Virus genome (UHGV): UHGV-0351843 | Length of the DNA stretch: 32,013 nt | Origin: a virus | Direction: 5' to 3' (one strand) | In this document: positions 7,776 to 18,194 of the stretch, one piece after another | Layout: every line of letters begins with the position of its first letter | Position numbering within the stretch: the stretch's first letter is position 1 | Translations under genes and position numbers: made by a program | The notes under the pieces: generated by a model | What the model was told of the DNA's origin: nothing | Databases searched by the model: none | Seen by the model: the letters and a program-made list of their open reading frames with translations, nothing else

Positions 7776-8028
7776 CTGTAAATATTTTTATAAAAATAAT
7801 GCCCACACACAGCATAAAACAAAAAGTATCACAGATAAAAAAGGAGCGTAATGTGCAGATTTGTTGTTTTCCATATTTACTCACTTTAACATAATCAATA
7901 TTGATATGGTTGTTGTTTTGGTGGTTTCAAACGAGATGTTATGGTGATCTGGTAAAATTGCATAACATTAAAATTTAATTTATCTAATCGCTTTTAATAA
8001 TAAGCGTTGTGTTTATCCCAACAATCTG

Positions 8029-8418
8029 TTGTTTGACTTTTATTCCATTAATGTAGGGGCTTTACACTGGAACCAGTTTATTTATACTTTATACGCCAGC
8101 CTGAACAACTGGCACCTGCTGCGCCAGCAGAGACAACCGATGGCGCACGATACCAAATTACACAATTCTGATGATTCTGCCGTCTTTGCCAGCAGGTGCG
8201 GACGGCGTTTTCATGCATTCAAATCGGACTGGTTCCAGCATCCACCATGCACTGAAGAGCAGGCTGAATGGATAATTCAGTGTTACCGCAGGCGCGGATA
8301 CGAGGTTAAAAAAGCCCTTAGCCTCGACTACCGTCACTGGATAATCTCAGTCAGATTGCCTTACTCCGAACGCCCACCGCGTCCGTCCCGTACATTCCAG
8401 CAACGCCTCTGGAGGTAA
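8029..8418 (+). CDS. hypothetical nin-region protein; start uncertain (alternative Met at ~8140)
   Basis: Six-frame ORF immediately upstream of, and abutting, the DUF968-like gene. No family recognised. Confidence 0.4.
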   Translation: MFDFYSINVGALHWNQFIYTLYASLNNWHLLRQQRQPMAHDTKLHNSDDSAVFASRCGRRFHAFKSDWFQHPPCTEEQAEWIIQCYRRRGYEVKKALSLDYRHWIISVRLPYSERPPRPSRTFQQRLWR

Positions 8419-8419
8419 C

Positions 8420-9469
8420 GTGCGGGTGTTACTTCGACCTGTTCTGGTACCGGAACTCGGGCTGGTGGTCGTTAAGCCGGGCCGTGAATCCATGCCGGTA
8501 TTCCACAATACCCGGGTACTGGTGGAGCCGGAACCGAAAAGCATGCGTAATCTGCCGTCCGGGGTCGTTCCTGCCGTTCGCCAGCCGCTGGTGGAAGACA
8601 AAACATTGCTGCCGTTTTTCAGTAACGCACGGGTAATTCGTGCTGCTGGTGGTGCTGGTGCATTGTCTGACTGGCTGTTGCGCCATATTAAATCCTGCCA
8701 GTGGCCACACGGCGATTATCATCACAGCGAAACCGTTATTCACCGATATGGTACCGGCGCAATGGTGTTGTGCTGGCACTGCGACAACCAGCTGCGTGAC
8801 CAGACATCCGAATCACTCGAGCAACTTGCTCATCAAAACCTGTCAGCATGGATGATTGACGTCATCGGTCACGCAATAAGCGGTACGCAGGAGCGTGAAT
8901 TATCTCTGGCTGAATTATCCTGGTGGGCGGTCCGCAATCAGCTGGCGGACGCGCTACCGGAAGCGGTATTACGTCGCTCGCTGGGATTACCAGCGGAAAA
9001 AATCTGCTCGGTGTACCGCGAAAGCGACATCGTACCGGGAGAGCAGACCGCCACCAGCATATTGAAACAGCGCACAAAAAATCTTGCACCGTTGCCTCAC
9101 GCCCACCAGCAACAAAACCCATCACAGGAAAAGACGGTGGTAAGCATCACCGTTGATCCAGAGTCTCCGGAATCTTTCATGAAGCTGCCTAAACGTCACC
9201 GGTGGGTTAAGGAGAAATACACACGCTGGGTTAAGACACAGCCGTGTGCTTGCTGCGGTATGCCAGCCGACGATCCGCATCATCTGATTGGTCACGGGCA
9301 GGGCGGAATGGGAACCAAAGCACATGATCTCTTTGTTTTGCCTTTGTGCAGAAAGCATCACGACGAGTTGCATACGGATACCGTGGCATTTGAAGAGAAG
9401 TATGGCTCCCAACTGGAGCTGATTTTTCGATTTATCGATCGCGCGCTGGCAATTGGTGTGCTGGCCTAA
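8420..9469 (+). CDS. DUF968-family protein (YdfU-like) with C-terminal Cys/His cluster
   Basis: 349 aa, GTG start with GGAGG 5 nt upstream. The C-terminal segment [43 protein letters not shown] is as I recall the DUF968/YdfU family found upstream of Q in Qin-type prophages. Confidence 0.75.
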   Translation: MRVLLRPVLVPELGLVVVKPGRESMPVFHNTRVLVEPEPKSMRNLPSGVVPAVRQPLVEDKTLLPFFSNARVIRAAGGAGALSDWLLRHIKSCQWPHGDYHHSETVIHRYGTGAMVLCWHCDNQLRDQTSESLEQLAHQNLSAWMIDVIGHAISGTQERELSLAELSWWAVRNQLADALPEAVLRRSLGLPAEKICSVYRESDIVPGEQTATSILKQRTKNLAPLPHAHQQQNPSQEKTVVSITVDPESPESFMKLPKRHRWVKEKYTRWVKTQPCACCGMPADDPHHLIGHGQGGMGTKAHDLFVLPLCRKHHDELHTDTVAFEEKYGSQLELIFRFIDRALAIGVLA

Positions 9470-9486
9470 TTTTGTGGAGTAAGTTG

Positions 9487-9864
9487 ATGCGTGATATTCA
9501 GATGGTTCTTGAGCGTTGGGGGGCATGGGCGGCTAATAATCATGAAGATGTGACCTGGTCGTCCATTGCCGCCGGTTTTAAGGGATTAATTCCTTCAAAA
9601 GTAAGATCTCGTCCGCAATGCTGTGACGATGACGCGATGATCATTTGTGAATGTATGGCTCGCCTGAAAAAAAACAACAGCGATTTACATGATTTATTGG
9701 TGGACTATTATGTCGGCGGCATGACTTTTATGGCGCTTGCACGTAAGCATGGGCGATCTGATTGTTGGGTTGGCAGGATGCTCCAGAAAGCTGAGGGCGT
9801 AGTGGAGGGCATGCTGATGGTGTTGGATCTCCGATTGGAGATGGATGCTGATTGTTCGAAATAA
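9487..9864 (+). CDS. late-gene antiterminator Q (short Q family, QuuD-like)
   Basis: 125 aa from the ATG at 9487 (track ORF begins at TTG 9472). It sits directly upstream of a terminator and the lysis region, the synteny expected for Q. Confidence 0.7.
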   Translation: MRDIQMVLERWGAWAANNHEDVTWSSIAAGFKGLIPSKVRSRPQCCDDDAMIICECMARLKKNNSDLHDLLVDYYVGGMTFMALARKHGRSDCWVGRMLQKAEGVVEGMLMVLDLRLEMDADCSK

Positions 9865-9874
9865 TTAAAGGAAA

Positions 9875-9915
9875 AGTTGCTGTCTGATTTTCATTAGTCT
9901 AACATTTTAAATGTT
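9875..9915 (+). promoter_or_regulatory. putative late promoter pR' and Q-utilisation region
   Basis: TTGCTG, then about 17 nt, then TAACAT immediately downstream of Q. This is a positional inference. Confidence 0.3.
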
Positions 9916-9962
9916 GGAATCGCAACGTAGTTATTATCATATAACAGCTTGTTTCCTGATTT

Positions 9963-9992
9963 AGCCAGCCTCCCCAAAGGCTGGTTTTTTTC
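9963..9992 (+). terminator. rho-independent terminator (tR'-like)
   Basis: Stem ccagcct / loop ccccaa / stem aggctgg followed by tttttttt. Confidence 0.65.
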
Positions 9993-10019
9993 TAATAAGT
10001 ATCATTTCGGGTGGGGATT

Positions 10020-10108
10020 TTATTGTTTAACCCATAATAGTTCATTGACATTGAATCCCAACTTTTGAGCGGTACGCACATAGTCTGCTTTTACATTATC
10101 TGGAATAG
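10020..10108 (-). pseudogene. 3' fragment of a Blc-like lipocalin gene displaced by the IS3 insertion
   Basis: Reading the minus strand across the IS3 target duplication continues the lipocalin frame as ...IPDNVKADYVRTAQKLGFNVNELLWVKQ-stop (stop at 10020-10022). This resembles the Blc C-terminus as I recall it. Confidence 0.7.
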
Positions 10109-10164
10109 TGATCTTACCCAGCAATAGTGGACACGCAGCTAAGTGAGTAAACTCTCAGTCAGAG

Positions 10165-10473
10165 GTGACTCACATGACAAAAACAGTATCAACCAGTAAA
10201 AAACCCCGTAAACAGCATTCGTCTGAATTTCGCAGTGAAGCCCTGAAGCTTGCTGAACGCATCGGTGTTACTGCCGCAGCCCGTGAACTCAGCCTGTATG
10301 AATCACAGCTCTACAACTGGCGCAGTAAACAGCAAAATCAGCAGACGTCTTCTGAACGTGAACTGGAGATGTCTACCGAGATTGCACGTCTCAAACGCCA
10401 GCTGGCAGAACGGGATGAAGAGCTGGCTATCCTCCAAAAGGCCGCGACATACTTCGCGAAGCGCCTGAAATGA
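10165..10473 (+). CDS. insE: IS3 OrfA (transposase N-terminal HTH protein)
   Basis: The 102-aa product begins [19 protein letters not shown]... and matches my recollection of IS3 InsE. Confidence 0.9.
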   Translation: MTHMTKTVSTSKKPRKQHSSEFRSEALKLAERIGVTAAARELSLYESQLYNWRSKQQNQQTSSERELEMSTEIARLKRQLAERDEELAILQKAATYFAKRLK

Positions 10474-11336
10474 AGTATGTCTTTATTGAAAAACATCAGG
10501 CTGAGTTCAGCATCAAAGCAATGTGCCGCGTGCTCCGGGTGGCCCGCAGCGGCTGGTATACGTGGTGTCAGCGGCGGACAAGGATAAGCACGCGTCAGCA
10601 GTTCCGCCAACACTGCGACAGCGTTGTCCTCGCGGCTTTTACCCGGTCAAAACAGCGTTACGGTGCCCCACGCCTGACGGATGAACTGCGTGATCAGGGT
10701 TACCCCTTTAACGTAAAAACCGTGGCGGCAAGCCTGCGCCGTCAGGGACTGAGGGCAAAGGCCTCCCGGAAGTTCAGCCCGGTCAGCTACCGCGCACACG
10801 GCCTGCCTGTGTCAGAAAATCTGTTGGAGCAGGATTTTTACGCCAGTGGCCCGAACCAGAAGTGGGCAGGAGACATCACGTACTTACGTACAGATGAAGG
10901 CTGGCTGTATCTGGCAGTGGTCATTGACCTGTGGTCACGTGCCGTTATTGGCTGGTCAATGTCGCCACGCATGACGGCGCAACTGGCCTGCGATGCCCTG
11001 CAGATGGCGCTGTGGCGGCGTAAGAGGCCCCGGAACGTTATCGTTCACACGGATCGTGGAGGCCAGTACTGTTCAGCAGATTATCAGGCGCAACTGAAGC
11101 GGCATAATCTGCGTGGAAGTATGAGCGCAAAAGGTTGCTGCTACGATAATGCCTGCGTGGAAAGCTTCTTTCATTCGCTGAAAGTGGAATGTATCCATGG
11201 AGAACACTTTATCAGCCGGGAAATAATGCGGGCAACGGTGTTTAATTATATCGAATGTGATTACAATCGGTGGCGGCGGCACAGTTGGTGTGGCGGCCTC
11301 AGTCCGGAACAATTTGAAAACCAGAACCTCGCTTAG
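10470..11336 (+). CDS. insF: IS3 OrfB (transposase catalytic DDE domain; expressed as an OrfAB fusion by programmed -1 frameshift)
   Basis: 288 aa overlapping orfA by 4 nt, with a DDE integrase-type core (HTDRGGQY...). Frameshift expression is established for the IS3 family; the exact slippery site was not pinpointed. Confidence 0.9.
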   Translation: MKYVFIEKHQAEFSIKAMCRVLRVARSGWYTWCQRRTRISTRQQFRQHCDSVVLAAFTRSKQRYGAPRLTDELRDQGYPFNVKTVAASLRRQGLRAKASRKFSPVSYRAHGLPVSENLLEQDFYASGPNQKWAGDITYLRTDEGWLYLAVVIDLWSRAVIGWSMSPRMTAQLACDALQMALWRRKRPRNVIVHTDRGGQYCSADYQAQLKRHNLRGSMSAKGCCYDNACVESFFHSLKVECIHGEHFISREIMRATVFNYIECDYNRWRRHSWCGGLSPEQFENQNLA

Positions 11337-11366
11337 GCCTGTGTCCATATTACGTGGGTAGGATCA

Positions 11367-11805
11367 TAGTTTGGGTCCTTGCCAGAATCCATAGGTATTC
11401 TCTGTTCGGACCACTGACAAGAGCATACTTATACTCATCATCCAGTTTGATTACATTATAGCCACCATAGAAGGGGCCAAAAAACGAAACTTTCAACGCT
11501 GCAGTTTTAGTATCTCCAGTAAAGTATGCTTTACCTTCGCTCTCGCTCCATTTGTTTTTCGTTGGATCGTATCCACGGTTAAGTACGCGAATCCCTCCGT
11601 CGTTCCGTTTTTCATAAGTAGCGCTGACCTGTTCCAGACCACGTTCGAACCAGTTCTCGAGGCGAGCTATTTCATACCATTTTCCGAGGTAGCGGTTGGC
11701 GTCAAAATTTGTAATCGGCTGCACACCTTTAGGTGGTGTCGGGGCCTTACATGCTATAAGAGTGAAAGAGAGTGCAATGCCAGTCAACACAGGCCATAAC
11801 TTCAT
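11367..11805 (-). pseudogene. Blc-like outer-membrane lipocalin lipoprotein, 5' portion, interrupted by IS3
   Basis: Track ORF 11350..11805 runs 17 nt into IS3 before a stop. N-terminal lipoprotein signal MKLWPVLTGIALSFTLIAC with lipobox LIAC. Motifs FDANRYLGKWYEIARLENWFERGLE and KVSFFGPFYGGYNVI match Blc as I recall it. Confidence 0.8.
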
Positions 11806-11997
11806 AATAAATCCTGTACTTTTGATAGTTGAGAGTAAGTATGAAAGATAGATGAGTACGACCGATCACTTAAAGAACTTTCCTACTATATTAGGAATAG
11901 TCAATAACAGAAAAATTGTCAGTGATGAAGCCAGAAAGGCAATTTAGTCCGTGCACTACAAAGTTTATGTGTTAATGAATTAGTCAAGGGGGAGGAA

Positions 11998-12957
11998 ATG
12001 ATAAAAAAACCTGTGATTGGGATCAGCGGTTGTTTGGGTGGTTCTGCTGTTCGTTTTGATGGTGGTCACAAAAGAGATGACTTTTTAATGGACAAATTAG
12101 TGGAATGGGTAACATTCAGACCAGTATGTCCGGAAATGGCTATAGGGCTGCCAGTTCCGCGTCCTGCTCTACGACTTGTGCGCTCGAAGCAAGGAAATAT
12201 ACGGATGTGTTTCAGCCACGACCAGAATGAGGATGTGACAGAGAGAATGACAGAGTTTAGTCGTTCTTATATGGACAAATTAAAGGATGTATCGGGGTTT
12301 GTGGTTTGTGCTAAATCTCCCAGCTGTGGCATGGAGCGCGTGCGTGTCTATGATGAAAATGGTAATCGAGGTCGTAAAGATGGAGTGGGACTATTTACGA
12401 GCACTTTGATGGAAAAGTTTTCCTGGCTACCGGTTGAAGAGGATGGGCGATTACATGATCCAGTGCTTCGTGAGAATTTTATTGAAAGAGTTTTTGCTTT
12501 GCATGAGCTCAATCACCTTTACAAGGAGAAATTATCAAGAAGAGAGTTATTAGCTTTTCATAGTCGTTATAAGCTTCAGTTGTTGGCGCATAGCCAGGCA
12601 GGCTATAAAGATATGGGACCATTTGTGGCTGCAATACACGAGTGGGCGGACCTTGAATCATACTTTGAGGTGTATCGTGATAATCTGATGGCGATTCTCA
12701 GAAAACCAGCATCACGTAAAAATCACACGAATGTGCTGATGCATATACAGGGGTATTTTAGTAATTACTTAAGTACACGCCAGCGTAAAGAGTTGAGCGA
12801 GGTTATACTTAACTATCGCTTTGGCACATTGCCTCTTCTTGCGCCGTTGACTCTGCTGAAGCATTATCTGGGTGAGTATCCTAATGATTACTTGCTTACA
12901 CAGAATTACTTCGATCCCTATCCGGAAGAACTGGCTCTAAGACTGATGGTGAATTAA
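11998..12957 (+). CDS. YbgA-like protein (DUF523/TudS-like N-terminal domain plus DUF1722 C-terminal domain)
   Basis: The 319-aa product starts MIKKPVIGISGCLGGSAVRFDGGHK, which matches my recollection of the YbgA/DUF523 N-terminus. GGAGG lies upstream. Confidence 0.65.
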   Translation: MIKKPVIGISGCLGGSAVRFDGGHKRDDFLMDKLVEWVTFRPVCPEMAIGLPVPRPALRLVRSKQGNIRMCFSHDQNEDVTERMTEFSRSYMDKLKDVSGFVVCAKSPSCGMERVRVYDENGNRGRKDGVGLFTSTLMEKFSWLPVEEDGRLHDPVLRENFIERVFALHELNHLYKEKLSRRELLAFHSRYKLQLLAHSQAGYKDMGPFVAAIHEWADLESYFEVYRDNLMAILRKPASRKNHTNVLMHIQGYFSNYLSTRQRKELSEVILNYRFGTLPLLAPLTLLKHYLGEYPNDYLLTQNYFDPYPEELALRLMVN

Positions 12958-13363
12958 CTGTATGCGATATCATCTGAAAGTGATGAGTTCCTGTATGCAG
13001 GATATTTACAATCGTAAAAACTACGCTATGATGCTCATAGTGTCAGTTTTTATAAAAATCCTGTTCACGCTAAAGAAAACATTGAGATGCAATTTAATGT
13101 TGGTAAACATACCAGCCCCAAAAGATTTTATTCAATCTGTTTTTATATGAAGATATTTCAAGTGAATATTAAGAGCATATAATATTATTATTGCACGCAG
13201 CTATTATAATATAACAGATTAGTTTAATGATTTGTTTTTTGTGAGTTAAACACATGGTTTTATAGTTGTGATGCAATGAGATTTTCCTTATTGTTGAACT
13301 GGCGAATATTGATTTTCCACCTATACTTACCTGGTGTAACCCCAATGATATCAGGTGGATAAT

Positions 13364-14077
13364 ATGCCATACATATGTTCTATCATTTTGGTGTTGAACT
13401 CGTTTGGTGTCCGAATTGGTAAAGAAGATATTTTGTTTAAAAAAGGAAATGCTGTCCTCATTGAATACAATTTAAAAGATCTTTTTTCGTCAAATACAGA
13501 TCATCTAATGATCGTAGATGTTGAGGAGAAAACAGTTAATGATTTCTTTAAAAACTACACACTCTCACCTTTTTCTGTAAGAAGGTTTTATCCGTCATAC
13601 TTGATAGTAGAATGTGAAGATTTTTCATTGTTAAAGAACTTGGTTGCATGCTTGAATTGTGATAGCAAAACCGTGGATGTAGTTAGAAATCAAATATCAC
13701 TTGCATGTCTTGCTGTCTTATCTTCAGAGAAAATGGTGCAAAGTTTTTTGTTCGGAAGTCTTAATAGCTTAGGTTGTAAAGTTAAGGCTATTATTCACTC
13801 GGATATCTCAGCGTCATGGAGACTTTGTGATATATCTTCAAGATTATATATGAGCGAGAGTTTGTTAAAAAGAAAATTAAAAGACGAAGGATTATCGTTT
13901 AGTAAATTAATTCTTGAAGAACGAATGATGATGGCGCAAAGATTATTGATCTACAGTAACCATACTGTCGGCAAGGTGGCGGGAATATGCGGGTATGACA
14001 ATGCATCATATTTTGTAAGTGTTTTTAGAGGATATTTTGGTGTGCCTCCGCACCAATATTTATCAAGATTTTCTTAG
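13364..14077 (+). CDS. AraC-family transcriptional regulator (prophage moron)
   Basis: Track ORF starts at GTG 13355; the ATG at 13364 has AGGTGG upstream. The C-terminal AraC-type HTH is VGKVAGICGYDNASYFVSVFRGYFGVPPHQY. The gene sits in an AT-rich island. Confidence 0.75.
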   Translation: MPYICSIILVLNSFGVRIGKEDILFKKGNAVLIEYNLKDLFSSNTDHLMIVDVEEKTVNDFFKNYTLSPFSVRRFYPSYLIVECEDFSLLKNLVACLNCDSKTVDVVRNQISLACLAVLSSEKMVQSFLFGSLNSLGCKVKAIIHSDISASWRLCDISSRLYMSESLLKRKLKDEGLSFSKLILEERMMMAQRLLIYSNHTVGKVAGICGYDNASYFVSVFRGYFGVPPHQYLSRFS

Positions 14078-14267
14078 AAGATATGATGTGATGGCATTTT
14101 ATAAAGTTATTTTTTGAAGTGTAAGATTATACGATATTTTTAGCTACGCCAGAATAATTGCTGGCGTTTTTCTTTTTGAATAGATGTTCGGGCCTTACGC
14201 TAATGTAACTTCTTTCCTTCTTCGAACCAAACCGTGTACACCATCCGTTATCTGCGGAGGTGAGGCT

Positions 14268-14483
14268 ATGAAATCCATGGATAAGTTAACAACGGGCATC
14301 GCCTACAGCACCTCTGCAGGCAGTGCTGGCTACTGGTTTTTACAGTTGCTCGATAAAGTCACGCCCTCACAGTGGGCGGCAATAGGTGTATTGGGTAGTC
14401 TGGTATTTGGCATGCTGACGTATCTGACAAATCTTTATTTCAAGATTAAAGAAGACAGGCGTAAGGCTGCGAGAGGAGAGTAA
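14268..14483 (+). CDS. class II holin / pinholin (S21-like) with dual-start motif
   Basis: The product [71 protein letters not shown] has two TM segments and a Met1-Lys-Ser-Met4 dual start. It matches my recollection of the phage 21 S protein. Confidence 0.85.
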   Translation: MKSMDKLTTGIAYSTSAGSAGYWFLQLLDKVTPSQWAAIGVLGSLVFGMLTYLTNLYFKIKEDRRKAARGE

Positions 14484-14487
14484 TCCA

Positions 14488-14795
14488 ATGACTCAAGACT
14501 ATGAACTGGTTGTGAAAGGAGTCCGTAATTTTGAGAATAAAGTTACGGTAACTGTAGCCTTACAGGACAAAGAACGCTTTGACGGTGAAATTTTTGGCCT
14601 GGATGTCGCCATGGACCGTGTTGAAGGAGCTGCGCTGGAGTTTTATGAGGCAGCAGCCAGAATGAGCGTCCGGCAAGTCTTCCTGGAAGTAGCAGAAAAA
14701 TTGTCAGAAAAAGTTGAGTCTTATCTGCAGCATCAGTACTCCTTTAAGATTGAAAATCCTGCCAATAAGCACGAGCGTCCTCATCATAAATATCT

Positions 14796-14799
<4 letters not shown>
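14488..14799 (+). CDS. hypothetical protein between holin and endolysin (YdfR-like position and size)
   Basis: 103-aa ORF tightly packed between S and R, as in Qin/DLP12-type lysis cassettes. Confidence 0.55.
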
Positions 14800-15823
<1,024 letters not shown>

Positions 15824-16186
15824 ATTAATATTAAATCGGATTATTTTTAGCGCTGAATGTGAAATTTAAATAAAAAGGACTCTTCCATGAGTCAAAATCC
15901 TTGAAATCTTAAGGGTAAGATAAAAGGTCATTAGACAGAATGACACGTTTTATTAATAAATAAAGCTATTGTTTCATTCGTGTGTTTTTCTTTACAAAAG
16001 TAATCCTTGCTATGGTTGGTTAATCATGCGTTAATGGTGTTCTGGTTTGTTACAAAATTATCTGAAGCAGTCATTGTTATAATTTTATTATTTGTACCTC
16101 TTGAGATTTCCTTGTTGGTTTTTCTCTCTGATATTTTTTTTCGGACCATTCTGCCCAAGGGCTAACTTCTTCAAAAGGTAATAATG

Positions 16187-16399
16187 ATGTCTAACAAAAT
16201 GACTGGTTTAGTGAAATGGTTTAACCCTGAAAAAGGTTTTGGTTTCATCACGCCGAAAGATGGTAGCAAAGATGTGTTTGTGCATTTCTCAGCTATTCAG
16301 AGCAACGATTTCAAAACGTTAACTGAGAATCAGGAAGTCGAATTTGGTATTGAGAACGGACCTAAAGGCCCTGCAGCTGTTCATGTAGTGGCACTTTGA
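16187..16399 (+). CDS. cspI: cold-shock protein, CspA family
   Basis: The 70-aa product [70 protein letters not shown] has RNP1/RNP2-like motifs (KGFGFI, VFVHF). It is preceded by a long AT-rich leader. Confidence 0.9.
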   Translation: MSNKMTGLVKWFNPEKGFGFITPKDGSKDVFVHFSAIQSNDFKTLTENQEVEFGIENGPKGPAAVHVVAL

Positions 16400-16603
16400 G
16401 GTAGAAAATATTACAAACCATATTCACTTTAGATGCCCGTGTTGCCATGGTTCTCAGTATAGAACATCATCTTTTGATGTTTCTGACAGAAATCCTTTCG
16501 GGGCAAAATGTATCTTTTGTAAATCAATGATGATTACATTTGATAATATTTCACAATACTTAAATGTTAGCCATCTGTCGTTAGATTTAAGAAAGTGAAA
16601 ATG

Positions 16604-16628
16604 AAGGCTCCTTCGGGAGCTTTTTTGC
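16604..16628 (+). terminator. rho-independent terminator
   Basis: ggctcc / ttcg / ggagc followed by tttttt. Confidence 0.5.
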
Positions 16629-16670
16629 TTAGTGTCTAGTCGATGGATACTCACATATTACGGTAACATT

Positions 16671-16901
16671 ATGAAAAAAATAATAGTTTTTTTTAACTCT
16701 GAACCAGCAATGGTAGTGCCAGTGATGACCGGAGTTAACACCATCATGCGTGAATATCCAAATGGCGAAACAACACACCTCACTGTAATGGCTGCAGGGT
16801 TTCCATCTCTGACCGGAGATCATAAAGTCATTTATGTAGCAGCGGATCGACATGTAACTTCAGAAGAAATTCTGGAAGCAGCAATGAGACTCTTGAATTG
16901 A
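16671..16901 (+). CDS. small hypothetical protein (YnfN-like position)
   Basis: Start MKKIIVFFNSEPAMVVP at ATG 16671 inside track ORF 16632..16901. It sits between csp and gns genes, as in Qin. Confidence 0.5.
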   Translation: MKKIIVFFNSEPAMVVPVMTGVNTIMREYPNGETTHLTVMAAGFPSLTGDHKVIYVAADRHVTSEEILEAAMRLLN

Positions 16902-17070
16902 TTTGATTCTAATGCATTGATAATAAATGATAATCATCTTTATCTGTTTGTGTGAAATTTAGACCGTCGTATGTTGATTATTGCGATGTTTCATCTTATC
17001 TTTTATACGTTTGCTCCATATAATTGACACTACTGTGTACCAGGACAGTCATAACAGACTAAAAGAGGAA

Positions 17071-17247
17071 ATGATGAACATTGAAGAGTTAAAAACAAAA
17101 ACAGAAGCAGATATTTCTGAATATATAACAAAAAAAATCATTGAGCTTAAGAAAAAGACCGGGAAAGAAGTTACCAGTATCCAGTTTACTGCACGGGAAA
17201 AAATGACTGGTCTTGAAAGCTATGATATCAAGATTGATTTAATCTAG
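17071..17247 (+). CDS. GnsA/GnsB-family protein
   Basis: Product MMNIEELKTKTEADISEYITKKIIELKKKTGKEVTSIQFTAREKMTGLESYDIKIDLI with AGAGGA upstream; it matches the Gns family as I recall it. Track ORF 16981..17247 has a spurious N-terminal extension. Confidence 0.7.
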   Translation: MMNIEELKTKTEADISEYITKKIIELKKKTGKEVTSIQFTAREKMTGLESYDIKIDLI

Positions 17248-17542
17248 CATGTTTATAGTATTAGCATCAATTTCTCATCAGATGCTATTCAACAATACAA
17301 ATTACCCATAAACCTCGTTTTTACGGGGTTTTGTTATATTTAAACATTACCGAATAGATATAAATCTCGATTGTCGATGGTATTGGTTGTGTGACAATAC
17401 CTAGTCTTTCCGGTATGCCTGAAGAGAATACAAACGACAGATTATGTAAGGGAAACGCGCTGAAACTTTCACTCTTTCATGCTGAGTGATTTGACGTTAT
17501 ATTTTTAGCCGCAAGTGAAGAGCAAACGAATGGAGCGACAAA

Positions 17543-17749
17543 ATGCATAAAGATCAATACATTGATGCCCCCTCCCAGGAGCAGGTTCGTGTAAAAACTA
17601 TGCTTAATAGCACCATTTCGATGGGTTACCCGGATGTTGTAATTGCATGTATAGAACATCAAGTATCTCTGGAAGCATTCAGGGCAATTGAGGCCGCGTT
17701 AGTAAAGCACGATAAGAATACGAAGGATTATTCCCTGGTGGTTGACTGA
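17543..17749 (+). CDS. hypothetical small protein
   Basis: 68-aa ORF with a plausible ATG; no family recognised. Confidence 0.4.
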   Translation: MHKDQYIDAPSQEQVRVKTMLNSTISMGYPDVVIACIEHQVSLEAFRAIEAALVKHDKNTKDYSLVVD

Positions 17750-17999
17750 TCACCATAACTGCTAACCATTCTGACCATTTCACAAGTGACAGAGTCAATA
17801 TCGTATTCTGTCACTGTCAGGCTAATACAGTACTGCAATTCAACTACAGCAATGCCTCGTATTTAGGTGAATTTACAATATCGTTCTATTCGGATACCAA
17901 CTACATTTCTGAAGATAAGGCATTTATGGCTCACATATTGGTCCCTCACGCTCGCCAGTTCTGTGCGGGGAGGGAGGGAAGGTCAAGAAACCGGGATGT

Positions 18000-18194
18000 T
18001 CATCCATCATCACTCTGGATTGATGTATATGCTCTCTTTTCTGACGTTAGTCTCCGGCGGCAGGCTTCAATGACCCAGGCTGAGAAATTCCCGGACCCTT
18101 TTTGATCAAGAGCGATGTTAATTTGTTCAATCATTTGGTTAGGAAAGCGGATGTTGCGGGTTGTTGTTCTGCGGGTTCTGTTCTTCGTTGACAT
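18000..18194 (-). CDS. small DNA-binding protein upstream of cos (YlcI/YnfO-like, possibly ribbon-helix-helix)
   Basis: 64-aa minus-strand ORF with a basic N-terminus (MSTKNRTRRTTTRNIRFPNQMIEQINIALDQKG). The position just before cos is typical of this family; assignment is from memory. Confidence 0.5.
   Translation of the reverse strand: MSTKNRTRRTTTRNIRFPNQMIEQINIALDQKGSGNFSAWVIEACRRRLTSEKRAYTSIQSDDG

Larger units (their letters stand above)
10109..11366 (+). mobile_element. IS3 insertion sequence, complete copy (1258 bp) with terminal inverted repeats and 3-bp TAG target duplication
   Basis: Ends tgatcttacccagcaatagtggacacg ... cctgtgtccatattacgtgggtaggatca; length 1258 bp. It is flanked by TAG at 10106-10108 and 11367-11369 and carries orfA and orfB. 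Confidence 0.9.

Noticed and set aside
12962-13150. 62-aa plus-strand ORF in the AT-rich spacer upstream of the AraC gene
   Set aside because: AT-rich intergenic DNA readily gives short ORFs. No SD was seen and the translation is low-complexity.
16400-16600. Possible small gene between the csp gene and the terminator (ORFs 16454..16654 and 16629..16853 on minus strand)
   Set aside because: They overlap the better-supported plus-strand YnfN-like ORF and the terminator, and have no start context. Likely 3' UTR.
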